A stretch of 63,686 nt of DNA, filler included, from Octopus bimaculoides (taxonomy: Eukaryota): assembly GCF_001194135.2 (NCBI RefSeq). It is 9 parts of 7 records of this genome, joined end to end, with 100 filler letters (N's around TTAATTAATTAA, not from the genome) between each part and the next. Parts side by side here need not be neighbours in the genome. Positions count along the whole stretch, not along the records: positions 1 to 6,598 come from NC_068988.1; positions 6,699 to 19,094 come from NC_068987.1; 7 more parts are not named here. One strand, 5' to 3'. Below are positions 1-12,419 of the stretch, piece after piece; positions within the stretch are counted from its first letter, which is position 1, and every line of letters begins with the position of its first letter. The notes beneath the pieces are model-generated. The model was not told the DNA's origin. It worked only from the letters and a program-made list of their open reading frames with translations, and made no database searches. The position numbers were made by a program, and so were the translations under genes.

Positions 1-1209
1 TATATATATGTATGTATATATGTATGTATGTATGTATGTATATAATCATAGAGAAAAATGACATTGTAACATTTTGTCACCATTTGCCAAAAAGACAATT
101 TTGATGGGAACAAATGCCACATCTCGTTTCAAATCCGTGAATGGCAAAGTAATTAAACATATAATATTTTTAAAACTCTTTACTAACTCACAATATATGA
201 CTCATACACGACAACGCAATTTTCCTAATGTTTCCGCAGGCCTTGGATCATCGACTCCTGTTGGAGCAGAAAGGATGCTGTCATCGGAGACAGACAGAAA
301 AAGAGAGACATAGATAGAGCGAGTGAGTTTGGAAAGGGCATTACAATTTATTAGTTGGACACGATTAATGTTACCTTTACTCACATCCATGAATGGAAAC
401 GTTCTCATACACATTAACAGCGTGCGGGCGAGAGTGTGGGAAGAAGAAAAGCAGTTAAACGTCTATTCTTTTATTTGTTTCAATCATTTGACTGCGGCCA
501 TACACAATGAATTTGAACTCAGGACGTAAAGACAGACGAAATACCGTTATGCATTTCGCCCGCCCGCGGTCACGCCTTCGCCTGTATGTTATTAATATAT
601 TATTTTAGTATCTTTCCATGTTTAACACCGGAGCAGTCCTCATTGGTTAGTTGGGTAGATATCTGTCGCGAAAAGCCTACAGGGTGTAATCATTCCATAG
701 TTTTAGGAGATAGTGTATACTTATGATTACGCAATTCAATGTTGAGCCTTCTAAAGACGGCAAGTTGCTACTTGAAGGTTTGACTTCTATTTCTAGCAGT
801 TAGATTGACCGCGTAGAAGCGCCTTCTTTGTTTGGTACTTTTATTGACTGTAAGGTTTCTTTTATCAGCATTTTCACAATGAAAGATAATGTTTCAAGGG
901 ATAACATTCCTTAGACTATACAAATTTACTGATAAAGTTTATCATAATTATGACATACTCGGTTTCTCTCTCTCTCTCTCTCTCTCCCTCTCTCTCAACC
1001 TCCCTCTCTCTTTCTCTCTCTCTCTCTTTACACACACACTCATGTATGAGTGCTTGAATATATATATTATGTACATCTGCATTTAATATACATATATATA
1101 TATATATATANNNNNNNNNNNNNNNNNNNNNNNNNNNNNNNNNNNNNNNNNNNNNNNNNNNNNNNNNNNNNNNNNNNNNNNNNNNNNNNNNNNNNNNNNN
1201 NNNNNNNAT

Positions 1210-1243
<34 letters not shown>

Positions 1244-1678
1244 GCATACATACATTGCAAGTGTTCCTAATTATTACGTTTTTCTAACAAATAATTGCTG
1301 TTGTTAATCTCATAGAGAATTGTGATCAAGGAAAATTTAAGACTAAACAAGCTTATATATTTGATTTTCTTTTTCAGAATCCTATTATCTATGTAATTAT
1401 TCTAATTTAAAGATGATTTCACTTTTCATTCTACTACATAAAACCAGCTCATAAGCACTCTCTCCTTAACCGGAGTTCTCTCAATTATCGTTGGTTTAAT
1501 TTTCTTTCGTCGAGTTGCATTGAAAATGGAGGTCCCGTTTTCTTTTCTCTATCTAGCACAGTTGGTGTCAACATGTACGACGTTGTCAACATACATTTCA
1601 TTAGCAGGATTGGATATGCTCAAGTGATTTGTTTAAAATAGTAGACACATCTCTTTCTAATCATACCCTCTTTCCTTC

Positions 1679-1712
<34 letters not shown>

Positions 1713-1974
1713 AATTAGAAAATGGAGGATAATATGCTGAACCCAACGACTTGCAGACAGTGTATCCCGTTGAATTCATTAACTTAATTCATAACTAAAG
1801 TGACATAAAAAATAAAACACAAAGTACAGGTGTTTATGACAAACCATGTTACATTGACAACCGGGTTTACAATTAAAAAGAAATAGAGAATGAACAAAAA
1901 GTTAATCTTACAGCTGTTTCGGCCTAGTTTTGGCATGCCCCATTCGATCCGAATAGTTCCTGCCGGAGTAATTA

Positions 1975-2480
1975 TCGAATAATTATCTCCTGCCATTGGT
2001 GCGACAACATAAACGCGGCCTTTTACTTTCCTTCTTTTAAAACGTTCAAATTGCCTTCAACTTGTTTCTCTCGTTTTCTTCTTTGCCATTCATTGTTACT
2101 GCTGTTCCTAGTGAAGTACATATATACTTCAGTATAAAATAATATTTTTTTCGCAAAGTCATCATTCAGTCACCATTTTGTCTGTGTTGTACTCATAGAT
2201 TGTTCATTGACAGCCATATATATCCTCATTTTTTCTGAGCAATACTTTCTGTTCATCTGGTAGATAAACTTGCAATCTAACTATTGCAGGCGTTCTTTCA
2301 TGAATAGAAAATCCTTAAATGGATGCAACTGCTTCGGATGGTCCAATATACCTACCCATTATATATTGACTAATTCTGTTACTATTACCTATGTGAACAG
2401 TAGCTTGGTCATTTCCTTTCAGCACGTATCTGATGGCACGCTTAATTGACCTCAACGAGGACGGGATTCCAAAGTACAAC
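1975..2480 (-). mobile_element. Helitron Rep/Helicase coding relic (pseudogenised)
   Basis: Minus-strand translation with stops and frameshifts: SIKRAIRYVLKGNDQAT..ISQYIMGRYIGPSEAVASI*GFSIHERTPAIVRLQVYLPDEQKV..DFAKKILFYTEVYMYFTRNSSNNEWQRRKR..GRVYVVAPMAGDNY. This follows the Helitron Rep-to-helicase linker motifs in order (KYxxKGxDRA, GRYxSxxEAxWRI, HERxPAVxRLxVHLP, LLYxEVPxxYTW, GRxYxVHP). Confidence 0.8.
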
Positions 2481-2879
2481 CCATTTGTTGTTTGTTTTTC
2501 CATTCTTATGAGATTCATTTCTCCCCATTGCAACTGTTCTTCGTCTATAAAGAGATTAAGATGACAAGGATTAATATCTCATTTTAAATAAAATAGTAAT
2601 TTTCCCCTTTAAGAAAAAAACAAAACAATTATCAAGTACTTGTGATTCAAAAATATCTCGTAAAAATATCGGGAGAATTTTTATCTTTCAAGTCCACAGC
2701 AACCCGAAAGTTGTACAAATGATTAAGGGGAGAAAAAGAAAAGAATAAGAACGGACGGACGACGACTCTTTGAAATGCCGGCATTTTCATCTTGATCTAT
2801 TTTTTCTTAAAGGGGGAAACGACCATTTTATTTGTAATCTCTATCATTTTAATCAAATGGCAGGAAAACAAATTTTGAG

Positions 2880-3490
2880 TATAATAACTTTTTTTTTATA
2901 CAACTGGCTCAAGAAAATGACCTCAATCCGTTTCTGTACGGATTTTTACAATAATTATGTTTGTGAGATATGAGCAGTGGACCTGCTCCGCAACCCAGTT
3001 CAGTTAGGTGGTCTCGAGAAGATCGTTGAGACAGTATACTCAAAACGCAAATACAACCGAGGGAAAATGTTACCTGAACAGTAGGTCTTTGGAGGAGTAT
3101 ATCGCAAGACGAGGAAAGTTTTCCTTTACGCTGAACCAAGTCGGATCTGTGAAACACTAGAGGACTGCATACGATACTCAGTTCATCCAGGAACCACTAT
3201 CTTCAGTGAGCTATGGCGAGCTTATAATCATATTCCAGAAATCGATGGCTATGATTTCAAACATAAAACTGTGCACCATAGCATTTGAATTTGTAGACTC
3301 AAAAGAAAGGACAAGCAGTCATCAAACTGAGAGTACATGGCCGTCTTTCAAGTGTAGAAACAAATGCCAATGTGGAACACCGTTCCATGGTTGACTTGTA
3401 TCTTTGCGAATTTATGTGGAGAAGGAGATATGAAAAAGATAGTCTATTTTATAAAATACTAGAGTGCATTGCAAACTTCCGTTCTTGAAT
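2880..3490 (+). mobile_element. Merlin (IS1595/ISXO2-like) DDE transposase relic
   Basis: Translation QLGGLEKIVETVYSKRKYNRGKMLPEQ*VFGGVYRKTRKVFLY..TLEDCIRYSVHPGTTIFSELWRAYNHI..HKTVHHS / FVDSKERTSSHQTESTW / MVDLYLCEFMWRRRY matches ISXO2-family motifs (KRKYNRG, WVFGG, PGTTIxSDxWxAY, VNHSxxFVD, YLxEFxWR). Contains stops and frameshifts. Confidence 0.9.
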
Positions 3491-3530
3491 TTTTAAACTA
3501 ATAAATGTTTGTTTTAAGTAATGTTTTGAG

Positions 3531-3735
3531 TGTTATTTCTAGCAACAGCAATTGGTTTGCTCGTACCTCTTAAATATTTAATTTCCTCGCGTACGTTTTA
3601 ATGGTTTCCGCTGTTTACTTTTCTCGTGTATCTTTTAATGCTTTGACTGTTATTTCTAGCAACTCCAGTTGGTTTGCTCGTACCTTTTAAATATTTAATT
3701 TACTCGCGTATGTTTTAATGTCTTTCAGTTATTTC
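3531..3735. repeat. 117-bp-period tandem duplication just downstream of the Merlin ORF
   Basis: tgttatttctagcaac..ttggtttgctcgtacc..aaatatttaattt..ctcgcgta occurs at 3531 and again at 3648. Confidence 0.8.
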
Positions 3736-3998
3736 TAATGTTTTGACATACCGGTGCCCCTCTCCCCATATTTTCGGTACTTTGACAAATGATGGAAGAG
3801 GCAGTGAACGCGTTGTTTTCTGACTGGATGAGAATTCTGAAAATTATCAAACTTTGAACGCCTGTGATGTTTTCGCAAAAATTTTTCTGGAATAAATGAA
3901 TAACAAATTCGGATTCAGCGTCAGAAATTACACTTATATGCTACATTACAAAATTCTTTTAAAGATTTCTGCATGCAGTGACTTAAACCGCAAAGATC

Positions 3999-4014
3999 CT
4001 ATATATATATATAT

Positions 4015-4081
<67 letters not shown>

Positions 4082-4114
4082 TACACATATACATATACAT
4101 AGACAGAGAGTGAG

Positions 4115-4173
<59 letters not shown>

Positions 4174-4190
4174 GCGAGAGAGAGAGAGAT
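3999..4190. repeat. Compound microsatellite (TA)n(GATA)n(GAAA)n(GA)n
   Basis: Directly visible. Confidence 0.95.
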
Positions 4191-4509
4191 TTTATGATAT
4201 AGCCCTAGGTACACAAACTGTGAGAGGAAACCACTGGATTGTAATGGTTTGGATTGCTTTCATCGTAGATCTTCATCAGTCTCGTCTGCACAAGAACTGG
4301 GCAAGAAAAATATTTGTACACCATTAGTGACATATTTCGTTATCTATCATTGAAGTGTTAATTAAAGTATAACGGTTTAATGTGAGATAAATAAAGGAAA
4401 ATAGAACAAAATGAAGCCCTCACGCATTCCAAATACGGAATAGATATGTTAATGATGCAGGTGAAGTAAATTACACGTTAACAGGGGTTTACACGTTTAA
4501 GCCTTTCTA

Positions 4510-4680
4510 TAATAGTCACAAGGCCTGACATTTTGGGGAATAAACCAGTCGATTAGATCGACGCCAGTGTTTCACTGGTTCTTAATTTATCGACCCCGAA
4601 ACGATAAATTGACCTCGGTGGAATTTGAACCCAGGATGTAGCGACGGGCGAAATACTGTTAAGCATTTCGTCCAGCCTCG
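4510..4680 (-). mobile_element. tRNA-derived SINE, family B (..gaaatgcttag..gttcaaattccgccgaggtcgac..ggggtcgataa..ggccttgtgcc)
   Basis: Homologous to the copies at 9820, 13198, 17660, 38745 and 45585. B-box-like GTTCAAATTCC. Confidence 0.75.
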
Positions 4681-4935
4681 TTTTCTCTCACGACTGTTTA
4701 GCTTTCGAACAACCTTTTACTGAATTAGCAACTGGCTGCATATACCTTACATTCGTGTATACAAATGTAATTGTCAGCATAACGGTGACATAGTCTGTGG
4801 CAAAAGGTCCTTTAATTTACATTCACAATCTATCTCCGAACGGGCTTCCCTACAGTTTTCATCTACTAAATATAACTAACGAATTTTAAATCAACCTCAG
4901 ACTGTGACAAAAAAAAAAGAAAAACCTGCCAACGA

Positions 4936-5010
4936 TGCGACGCTTTGGGATCGAACCTACAAGCACCTGATTGCGAAGCAGACCACGTAACCATTCGACC
5001 AGGCAACGTC
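4936..5010 (-). pseudogene. tRNA-like Pol III unit (degenerate cloverleaf, anticodon-position loop TTCGCAA) or isolated SINE head
   Basis: Minus strand has A-box TGGTCGAATGG, B-box GGTTCGATCCC and a T-run about 12 nt downstream. The D, T and acceptor stems are mismatched, so it is not a canonical tRNA. Confidence 0.45.
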
Positions 5011-5185
5011 CAAGAAGGTAAAATGCACTCTTAAGACCAATAGGTATTTCTCTGTAATTTTGAGTGAGGTTTCTTTTATCAGCATTTTCAATTAGAAAAA
5101 AAAAATAGGTCAAGGGCTAATAATCTTGAAATTATATATATCTGCTGATAAAGTTTGTCATATTTGTAACTTCCTGAGCTTCTAT

Positions 5186-5253
<68 letters not shown>

Positions 5254-5484
5254 NNNNNNNNNNNNNNNNNNNNNNNNNNNNNNNNNNNNNNNNNNNNNNN
5301 NNNNNNNNNNNNNNNNNNNNNNNNNNNNNNNNNNNNNNNNNNNNNNNNNNNNNNNNNNNNNNNNNNNNNNNNNNNNNNNNNNNNNNNNNNNNNNNNNNNN
5401 TATATGTTTGTGTGTACGTATATGTGTGTGTGTGAATGTATATATATATATATATATATATATATTCTTTATTCCTTTTTTCTT

Positions 5485-5842
5485 GTTTCAGTCATTCACT
5501 ACGCCCATGCTGGAGCACCACCTGTAGTCGACCAAATCGACCCCAGGACTTATTCTTTGTAAGCTTAGTACTTATTCCATCGGAGACTTTTGCCGAACCG
5601 CTAGGTTACGGGGACGTAAACGCACCACCATCGTTTGTCAAGTGATGCTGGGGTGGAGGGACAAACACAGACACACAAACACACACGCATACTGTTTCCG
5701 TCTACCAGATCCATTCACAAGGCTTTTGTCGGCCCGGGGCTATAGTAGAAGACACTATCCCAAGATCCCACGCAGTGGGACTGAAACCGGAACCATCTGG
5801 TTTGTAAGCAAGTCACTTACCACACAGCTACTCCTGCGCCTA
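5485..5842 (-). mobile_element. tRNA-derived SINE, family A (full length, CpGs retained)
   Basis: Head ggcgcaggagtagctgtgtggtaag..ggtttcagtcccactgcgtgg. Body gccgaaccgctaggttacggggacgtaaac is shared with many copies in the window. Confidence 0.85.
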
Positions 5843-6550
5843 TATATATATATAGTGAAAGATTTCTGGTTATTTCTTTTTTGTAATATAGTTAATTGAC
5901 AAGCACAAATAAAAAGAATAAGAGAGAGTGAGAGTGAGAGATAGAGAACACGAGAGCGGGAGTGAGACCTTGTGTGGTGGGGGTGGTGAGGTGACGCAAA
6001 CATATGTACCAGGGAAATTAATACACAAAATGATGAAATGGATTATAAACATCTAAAAGTAAGGATATAGATAAATATTTATAAATTGTAATATTAAAAA
6101 TTTTTAAACTATAAAAAAAAATGAAATTGAAATTAACAAATACTACAGAATCAACGAAGCAATTAGCAAGTAATTAATTGACCCCACGGGAATAAAGCTG
6201 AATTTGGTGCAATTGAAACAGTGGTTTGAACAGCCTGTAAGAAAATAACATACGAAATTTTGTGTGATGCCCGATGGATTCTGCAAAATTTACCCTTATA
6301 ATTATTGTTGATTTAGAACATATAACATGGGAAACCATCCGTATGAGGGCGTAGTGTCTGTAGTTAAGCACAGGAAATGGTGTGGGATTTAAAAAAAAAA
6401 CTTGCTTTTCAACCACATGGTGTTCAGTTGAATCTCACTGCGCGGCAACGTGTGCGAGTGGCTTTCACTATCGCGTTAGGCCGACCAAAATCGTGAGCGA
6501 ATTAGGTCGACTGAAACTGTGTGGAAGCTCATTATGTACATATATGTGCT

Positions 6551-6598
<48 letters not shown>

Positions 6599-6698
6599 NN
6601 NNNNNNNNNNNNNNNNNNNNNNNNNNNNNNNNNNNNNNNNNNTTAATTAATTAANNNNNNNNNNNNNNNNNNNNNNNNNNNNNNNNNNNNNNNNNNNN
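6599..6698. other. Assembly gap placeholder N44-TTAATTAATTAA-N44 (linkers also at 19139, 20756, 49869, 56322, 58408, 60005, 61487)
   Basis: An identical six-frame-stop 12-mer centred in N runs. It is artificial. Confidence 0.95.
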
Positions 6699-7032
6699 CT
6701 GCGTGTACTCCATCCCATGCAGCTGTGGTAGGTTATACAAAGGCGGAACATGTCGGCCCCTCAAAATAAGGGTAGAAGAACATCGCAAAGCTGTGACACG
6801 AGGAGATATTGATAAATCGGGTATAGCTGATCATGTATGGCAAAATGGAGACCACCTACCCCTGTGGGATGAAGTTAAAATAATAGACAGGGAACAACAC
6901 TGGAAAATACGAAAACTAAAAGAAGCAGCACATATGCTAGGACACAACAACCTCCTAAGCAGACCGAGTGCAGATATGAATAGCATATGGGAACCGGTAT
7001 TGAGGAAGGATAGAAAAATAATAGATTTATAA
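6699..7032 (+). mobile_element. Penelope-like element, C-terminal GIY-YIG endonuclease region (open frame from gap edge to stop)
   Basis: VYSIPCSCGRLYKGGTCRPLKIRVEEHRKAVTRGDIDKSGIADHVWQNGDHLPLWDEVKIIDREQHWKIRKLKEAAHM. Typical PLE VYxIPCxCGxxYIGET..RxxEH..SxIAxH..RKxKE. Confidence 0.9.
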
Positions 7033-7056
7033 GCCCTAAAATTCACGCCATAATTT

Positions 7057-7222
7057 CCCACGGGCATATGTCGTAGTGGTTAAGAGCGCGACCTGATTGA
7101 TAATAGTATTATTAATAATATAATAATAGTAACATCGTTAGGAATGAGAACCCAGGTTCGAAATTTCCCCAAGACACCTGACAAACAAGATGAGGACAAA
7201 TATCCGTCAAATGTAAATAATG
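7057..7222 (+). mobile_element. Internally deleted copy of the hammerhead-tailed tRNA SINE
   Basis: cccacgggcatatgtcgtagtggttaagagcgcg + AAT-rich linker + ttaggaatgagaacccaggttcgaaatttccccaagacacctga|caaacaagatgaggacaaatatccgtcaaatgtaaataatg. Aligns to 18578-18888 but lacks the ribozyme segment. Confidence 0.8.
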
Positions 7223-7589
7223 TTCTAATTTAAGGTTTGCTCCTTAACATTCCAATCATACGTCATTTTGTGTATTGCATGTTGCATACTGTGCAGTGAT
7301 TCTTCTTATACAACAAGGAGGAGAGACATGGACAGATCCTCCTCAAATTTTCTTCCCTTGCGACTAAACCTTTGTACAACACGTTCAATGACAACAGTTT
7401 TTTTTTTTTTTACCATAGACCTGGAGTGATGAAGTTAAGGCAAGTTGTAGACACAAAGGATGTTTCTAAAGGTTCCTACTCTTTGCTATCTCGTTCTTCA
7501 CGAGATAATACAACGTATACAAATACTTGTACATGTATGTGTGTATATAAGTGTATGTATGTATGTATGTATGTATGTATGTATGTATG

Positions 7590-7645
<56 letters not shown>

Positions 7646-8169
7646 CGCGCGCGCGCACGTACACATTGTAGCAGCAGCTGCATCCATGTCAAGGTTTCAC
7701 GTTTGGACCCAGGAATTAGAACGTAGCCAACTGTATGAATTTCTCCAGGTGTTAGCGTGTCCTAGAATAAACCAATTATGATACATATTTAATAATTCAC
7801 TTTACTTGATATTTCATACATATATTCTCCTTAAAATACTTTATCAATTTTTCATAATGTCGAATAGAACGTGCTCATTTACGAAAAAGCTCAAGATGAA
7901 TTATCTTTTTGAGTTAAAAAAGGGTGGGAAAGGGTAGTTTTGTGCCGACAGAGGAAAATGTCGTGACTCTTTTGTAGAGTTCTCTGTGGTGTGTGGAGGT
8001 AGGTTGGAAATTAAAGATCATTTGAGACTTTAGAGGCACAAAGCAGGTTTCGCTTCTTAATTAATCATGTTTAGATACTTTTTTTTTGTAGTCAGAAACA
8101 ATCGAATAGGAATATGAAAAGCAAAAGTAGCAGCTAAATAAACCACATTTGCTTTTCATACTGTTTCTT

Positions 8170-9660
8170 ATAAATTAAGGTTGAAAACATCCGACTTTCC
8201 CGCAAAGTTAGTCTCAAAACTTCTTGAACCAAAGTTTCGTCAAGCGCAGACAAAATCACACCAATGACTAAATTTGAGCTTTTTAAAGACCTAGCAGGGA
8301 CGAATTTTTTGAAAGTTTCTGTAGATGCTTCGAATCGAAAAATGCTAAAATGGTACTTTTCGTTATTTGATATTTTATTCCTGCTCGTGGGGTATAAGTC
8401 AAAGTTTTAGATATGCAAATGTTCAAATCGAGACAACTGAGATCATGACTAATGCCTTTTCTCAGTCATTGATAATCGCGCGTTGATGGTAAAAGTCGTC
8501 AGATTTCATAGAGACAACTGCAACACAAATTTTGGTGGTGTACACCTAAAAGGCAAGAACAGCATATTTAGCTGATTAAAACCCAAACTTGAAAGGAACC
8601 TTATTGGAATCGATTGTGTTAAACACATAATGTACAACTGTCTCCAAATAGTTGTTGACCTATTACCAGTTGACGTCGAAGCGTTTATAGTAACACATTT
8701 TGAAATATTTTCACCTATATATAGTTTGTTTAACACATCTAAAAGAATTTTGTGACAATGCGGTAGAGAATACAAAAATCTGTTGCAACATGATAGTATC
8801 AATTTTTCTCTTTTTTTTTTAATGCTACCAACGATTGAAAAAATTCTTAACAATTTTGTTGACTGAAATTTTACTCTTGCTACCAAAAACACTGCCTGGG
8901 ACTGATAAAACAATTCTTCGATAATGAATTTGGATAAATGTATATATAGTTTGTCCATGGAAAGCTTCGCCTTTCCAACAAATCGATTCTAGTTATTGGA
9001 GAAGGTCCAATTCAACCGCAATAGATATCACAAAAATGCAATATCTGATTACAGATATAGAATACAGAAAAGAACTGAAAATTTGTGCCTCAAAATGCTT
9101 GAGAAAACTCGAAGAAAATGGTATTGAAAAGGTGAAGAATTTAAAAGTTTTTTTATGAAAGATATTTCTCATATCTGGAAAGTGAACATTGAACTGGTGG
9201 AAGAAATTTGTGGTTAAATTCTGGAGCTATTTTTTACCTGGTGTTGAGCACTCTGCAGTTAAAATCAACCAGAGGATCGGAAAGCAAGTAATAAATACCG
9301 ATTAATTATTTGATGAAATTGTTATTGGAGAGATTTTTGAGTTTTTAAAGCAGAAGTTTGGATAACACAAGACTTTAAAAGTATGAAGAAAAATGGCTTC
9401 TTTTTTGTTTTTTGTTTTTTGTTTTTTTTGTTTTTTTCTTTTTTGTTTTTTTTTTTGTGTGTGGTGAAAAAACAAACATTAGTAAAAACAATCTTAGTGT
9501 TGTAGTAGTAAATATTCTTTCAGTACTTCTACATCGGTTGAAAGTGTGTTTTCTGTAATAAATGGTCAGATAAGAGGAGCAATATCACAGAAGCTACAGG
9601 GGCTTTCTGATCACATAAAATAAACATTCCACTAAGCTACCCAAAATATTATGATAAAAT
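8170..9660 (+). mobile_element. hAT-superfamily transposase relic
   Basis: FLKVSVDASNRK (first catalytic Asp); RFHRDNCNTNFGGVHLKGKNSIFS*LKPKLERNLIGIDCVKHIMYNCLQ..LPVDVEAFIV (D..CxxH motif); C-terminal TSVESVFSVIN resembles the hAT dimerisation motif SVERxFS. Many indels. Confidence 0.85.
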
Positions 9661-9819
9661 TAAATTACAATAAATTTCTAACAGAAATAGTTTGAAGTGA
9701 AAAATTTAAAAGTGCTGGTAATTGAATAAAATATTACTTGACGGAAACGTGTTTAGTTTAATTTATTTTTTCTGCTATTGTTCTACACGACAATATTTTA
9801 CATGCATATAAGGCGGCAT

Positions 9820-10020
9820 GAAAGAATCGTTAGCACTCCAGGCAAAAGGCTTAGCAACGTTTCATCCATCTTTACGTTCTCAGTTCAAATTCCGCCGAGG
9901 TCGACTTTGTCGTTTATATTTTGGGTGTCTTTAAAATAAATACATATCGAGCACTTGGATCGAAGTAGTCGATTTTCCCCCTCCCTCCGAAATTGCTGGC
10001 CTTGTGCCAAAATTTTAAAC
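9820..10020 (+). mobile_element. SINE family B
   Basis: gaatcgttagcac..cagttcaaattccgccgaggtcgactttg..ggccttgtgccaaaattt. Confidence 0.8.
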
Positions 10021-10403
10021 CAGTATTTTACATACATGGGCTGCTAAGTAGAGAATAGCTTCTTTGTACATGTTCAGTTTCTGTTTCCCGTCTTTCTTTG
10101 TCCCTACAGCAAGACTCTCAACATTCTAAGTGAAAAAGATATATGTTATCAGTTTACACGTACCTCTTCAGCATTTGCTAGGAACTGCATAGATAAAGCA
10201 TTCAATTATATTAATATATTTGCTGTAAAAAAAGGTCCACGGACCCTGTATGTGGTGGGGGAAGGAGATTCGGTCTCCCTTAATATCCAACTCACAATCT
10301 GCGGCGCTTCAGACCTTGCATAATACTCCTATTGGTGCCGGCTTCAACATCCGGATTGGACTCCCATTTGGTCATAGTTTCAGTGCTGAAAGTTACGATA
10401 AGC

Positions 10404-10446
<43 letters not shown>

Positions 10447-11523
10447 CGAATGTAGGTAATACATTTTAATGTTCAAAAATTACTGTTTAAGATGTATACA
10501 CCTAATATTTTACTTCGTACAAAATACATTTTTTACCATTTACTACATTTTCACTGACTTCCCCATCGTTCCTCTCCCTCTGTTTTTTTTCTATCTTTTC
10601 GACACATTTTTATTTCTTTATATGTTCTAGGCGTGCATGTATGTGTGTTTGTGTGTGTGCGCGTGTGTGTAAAAACATATATGTATGTATGTATTATGTA
10701 TGTGTGCAAATGTATATACATATATACATACATATACATATATATATACACACATATATATGTGTGTGTGTTTCTTTGTGTGTGTGTGTGTGCGCGCGCG
10801 CGCATATATACATATATTTGTATGTACATATAATATATCTGTATAACTCTCAAAATAAATGGGAAACGGAAAAACACTTTGAAGAATAATAAAATAGCTC
10901 TAAAATGTATCTACAGCACATACATACACACACATAGACACACAGACACACACAGACACACAGACACACACAGACACACACACAAACATATGCACACTCA
11001 TAATACACACATGCATACATACAAAGATACGTTCACGCTTACACATACATATACATGTTCATATATACACACACATATAGACATATACACATACACATAT
11101 ATACATATATACATAGTGTGTCCATAAACAAAATATATTATATATTCTTGAGTTTTATTGTTTATTTTGCTTCGTGTTGGACTTTTATATTTTTTTCCCG
11201 GTTTCTATCAAAATCTTAGTTGAGAAGTGAAAGATGGAATCAAGAAAAAATATATTTTGTAGTCAACTGTATTTTAAAAATCTTTTATTCTCCCCCATCT
11301 TCATGGAAATAGCACATATAATCACAGCCACTAACTTGCGTAGGATACACACGAAAACATACAAATGCACACACTCATTTAAACGTGCTCACAAATACAT
11401 ACACATAGAGGCATATCCAGACACTTGCATTATGTGTATCATATATACCGTTATGTGAAAATATTTTGCGCACACAGACAGGCACAGCAACAAGCAGAGA
11501 AGATATACACGCGCGCCCGCACA

Positions 11524-11563
<40 letters not shown>

Positions 11564-11929
11564 NNNNNNNNNNNNNNNNNNNNNNNNNNNNNNNNNNNNN
11601 NNNNNNNNNNNNNNNNNNNNNNNNNNNNNNNNNNNNNNNNNNNNNNNNNNNNNNNNNNNNNNNNNNNNNNNNNNNNNNNNNNNNNNNNNNNNNNNNNNNN
11701 NNNNNNNNNNNNNNNNNNNNNNNNNNNNNNNNNNNNNNNNNNNNNNNNNNNNNNNNNNNNNNNNNNNNNNNNNNNNNNNNNNNNNNNNNNNNNNNNNNNN
11801 NNNNNNNNNNNNNNNNNNNNNNNNNNNNNNNNNNNNNNNNNNNNNNNNNNNNNNNNNNNNNNNNNNNNNNNNNNNNNNNNNNNNNNNNNNNNNNNNNNNN
11901 NNNNNNNNNATATATATATATATATATAT

Positions 11930-12305
11930 ATAACGCACCATTCTCCGAGCCTTCCGGCGACTCCAGTCCGACCCCTCCACTTCGCACATCTTTCCTAACC
12001 GACCCTTCCCTCCTTCAAACGATCCCACAACCTACAAGATCTCTTGGTTCACAGCTTCTTCCCTAACTCAACCTCCCAACCCGGCTCGTTCCCTGCTCCT
12101 GCCCACGCCGCTGTACTTACCCTTACCTCTCCAACAACACCCTCCTCACAGGCAGCCATCATCGACCCTTTCATATCACTGACTCCATGCACTTCCAGCA
12201 ACGTCATCTACTGCATCTCCTGCTCTCTTTGTCCTTTTCTATACATCGGTCAAACTGGACGCCGCTTAGCTGACTTGTTCTCGGAACACCTCCGAGACAT
12301 CCGAC
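11930..12305 (+). mobile_element. Second Penelope-like GIY-YIG fragment (different lineage, with Cys-rich linker)
   Basis: FKRSHNLQDLLVHS..GSFP..CTSSNVIYCISCSLCPFLYIGQTGRRLADLFSEHLRDIR. Confidence 0.85.
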
Positions 12306-12419
12306 TTTTAGTATTGACGGCTATTAACACATTTTTACTTAGCTTTTACACCATTAATATAATCCTTATAAATTCATTCTTTTTTTTTTTTACCCTGTTG
12401 TACACTGTCCATTAATTCC

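Noticed and set aside
1924-1995. Two adjacent hairpins next to a CTAG, suggesting a Helitron 3' end or structured RNA
   Set aside because: The upper part is still Helitron coding homology (GRVYVVAP). The CTAG is not followed by the T target, and the stems are AT-rich.
4255-4285. Minus-strand CTGATGA..GAAA hammerhead-like string
   Set aside because: Helix II is only 3 bp and offset, and there is no helix I complementarity.
6643-6654. TTAATTAATTAA palindrome recurring eight times
   Set aside because: Always centred in a 100-bp N gap. It is an artificial six-frame-stop scaffold linker, not biology. Order and distance across these gaps are uncertain.
7372-7500. Poly-T/AG followed by an open frame (RPGVMKLRQVVDTKDVSKG..)
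   Set aside because: No credible donor and no recognisable homology.
10230-10400. GC-richer unique-looking segment
   Set aside because: No motif, splice signals or recognisable translation in the frames checked.
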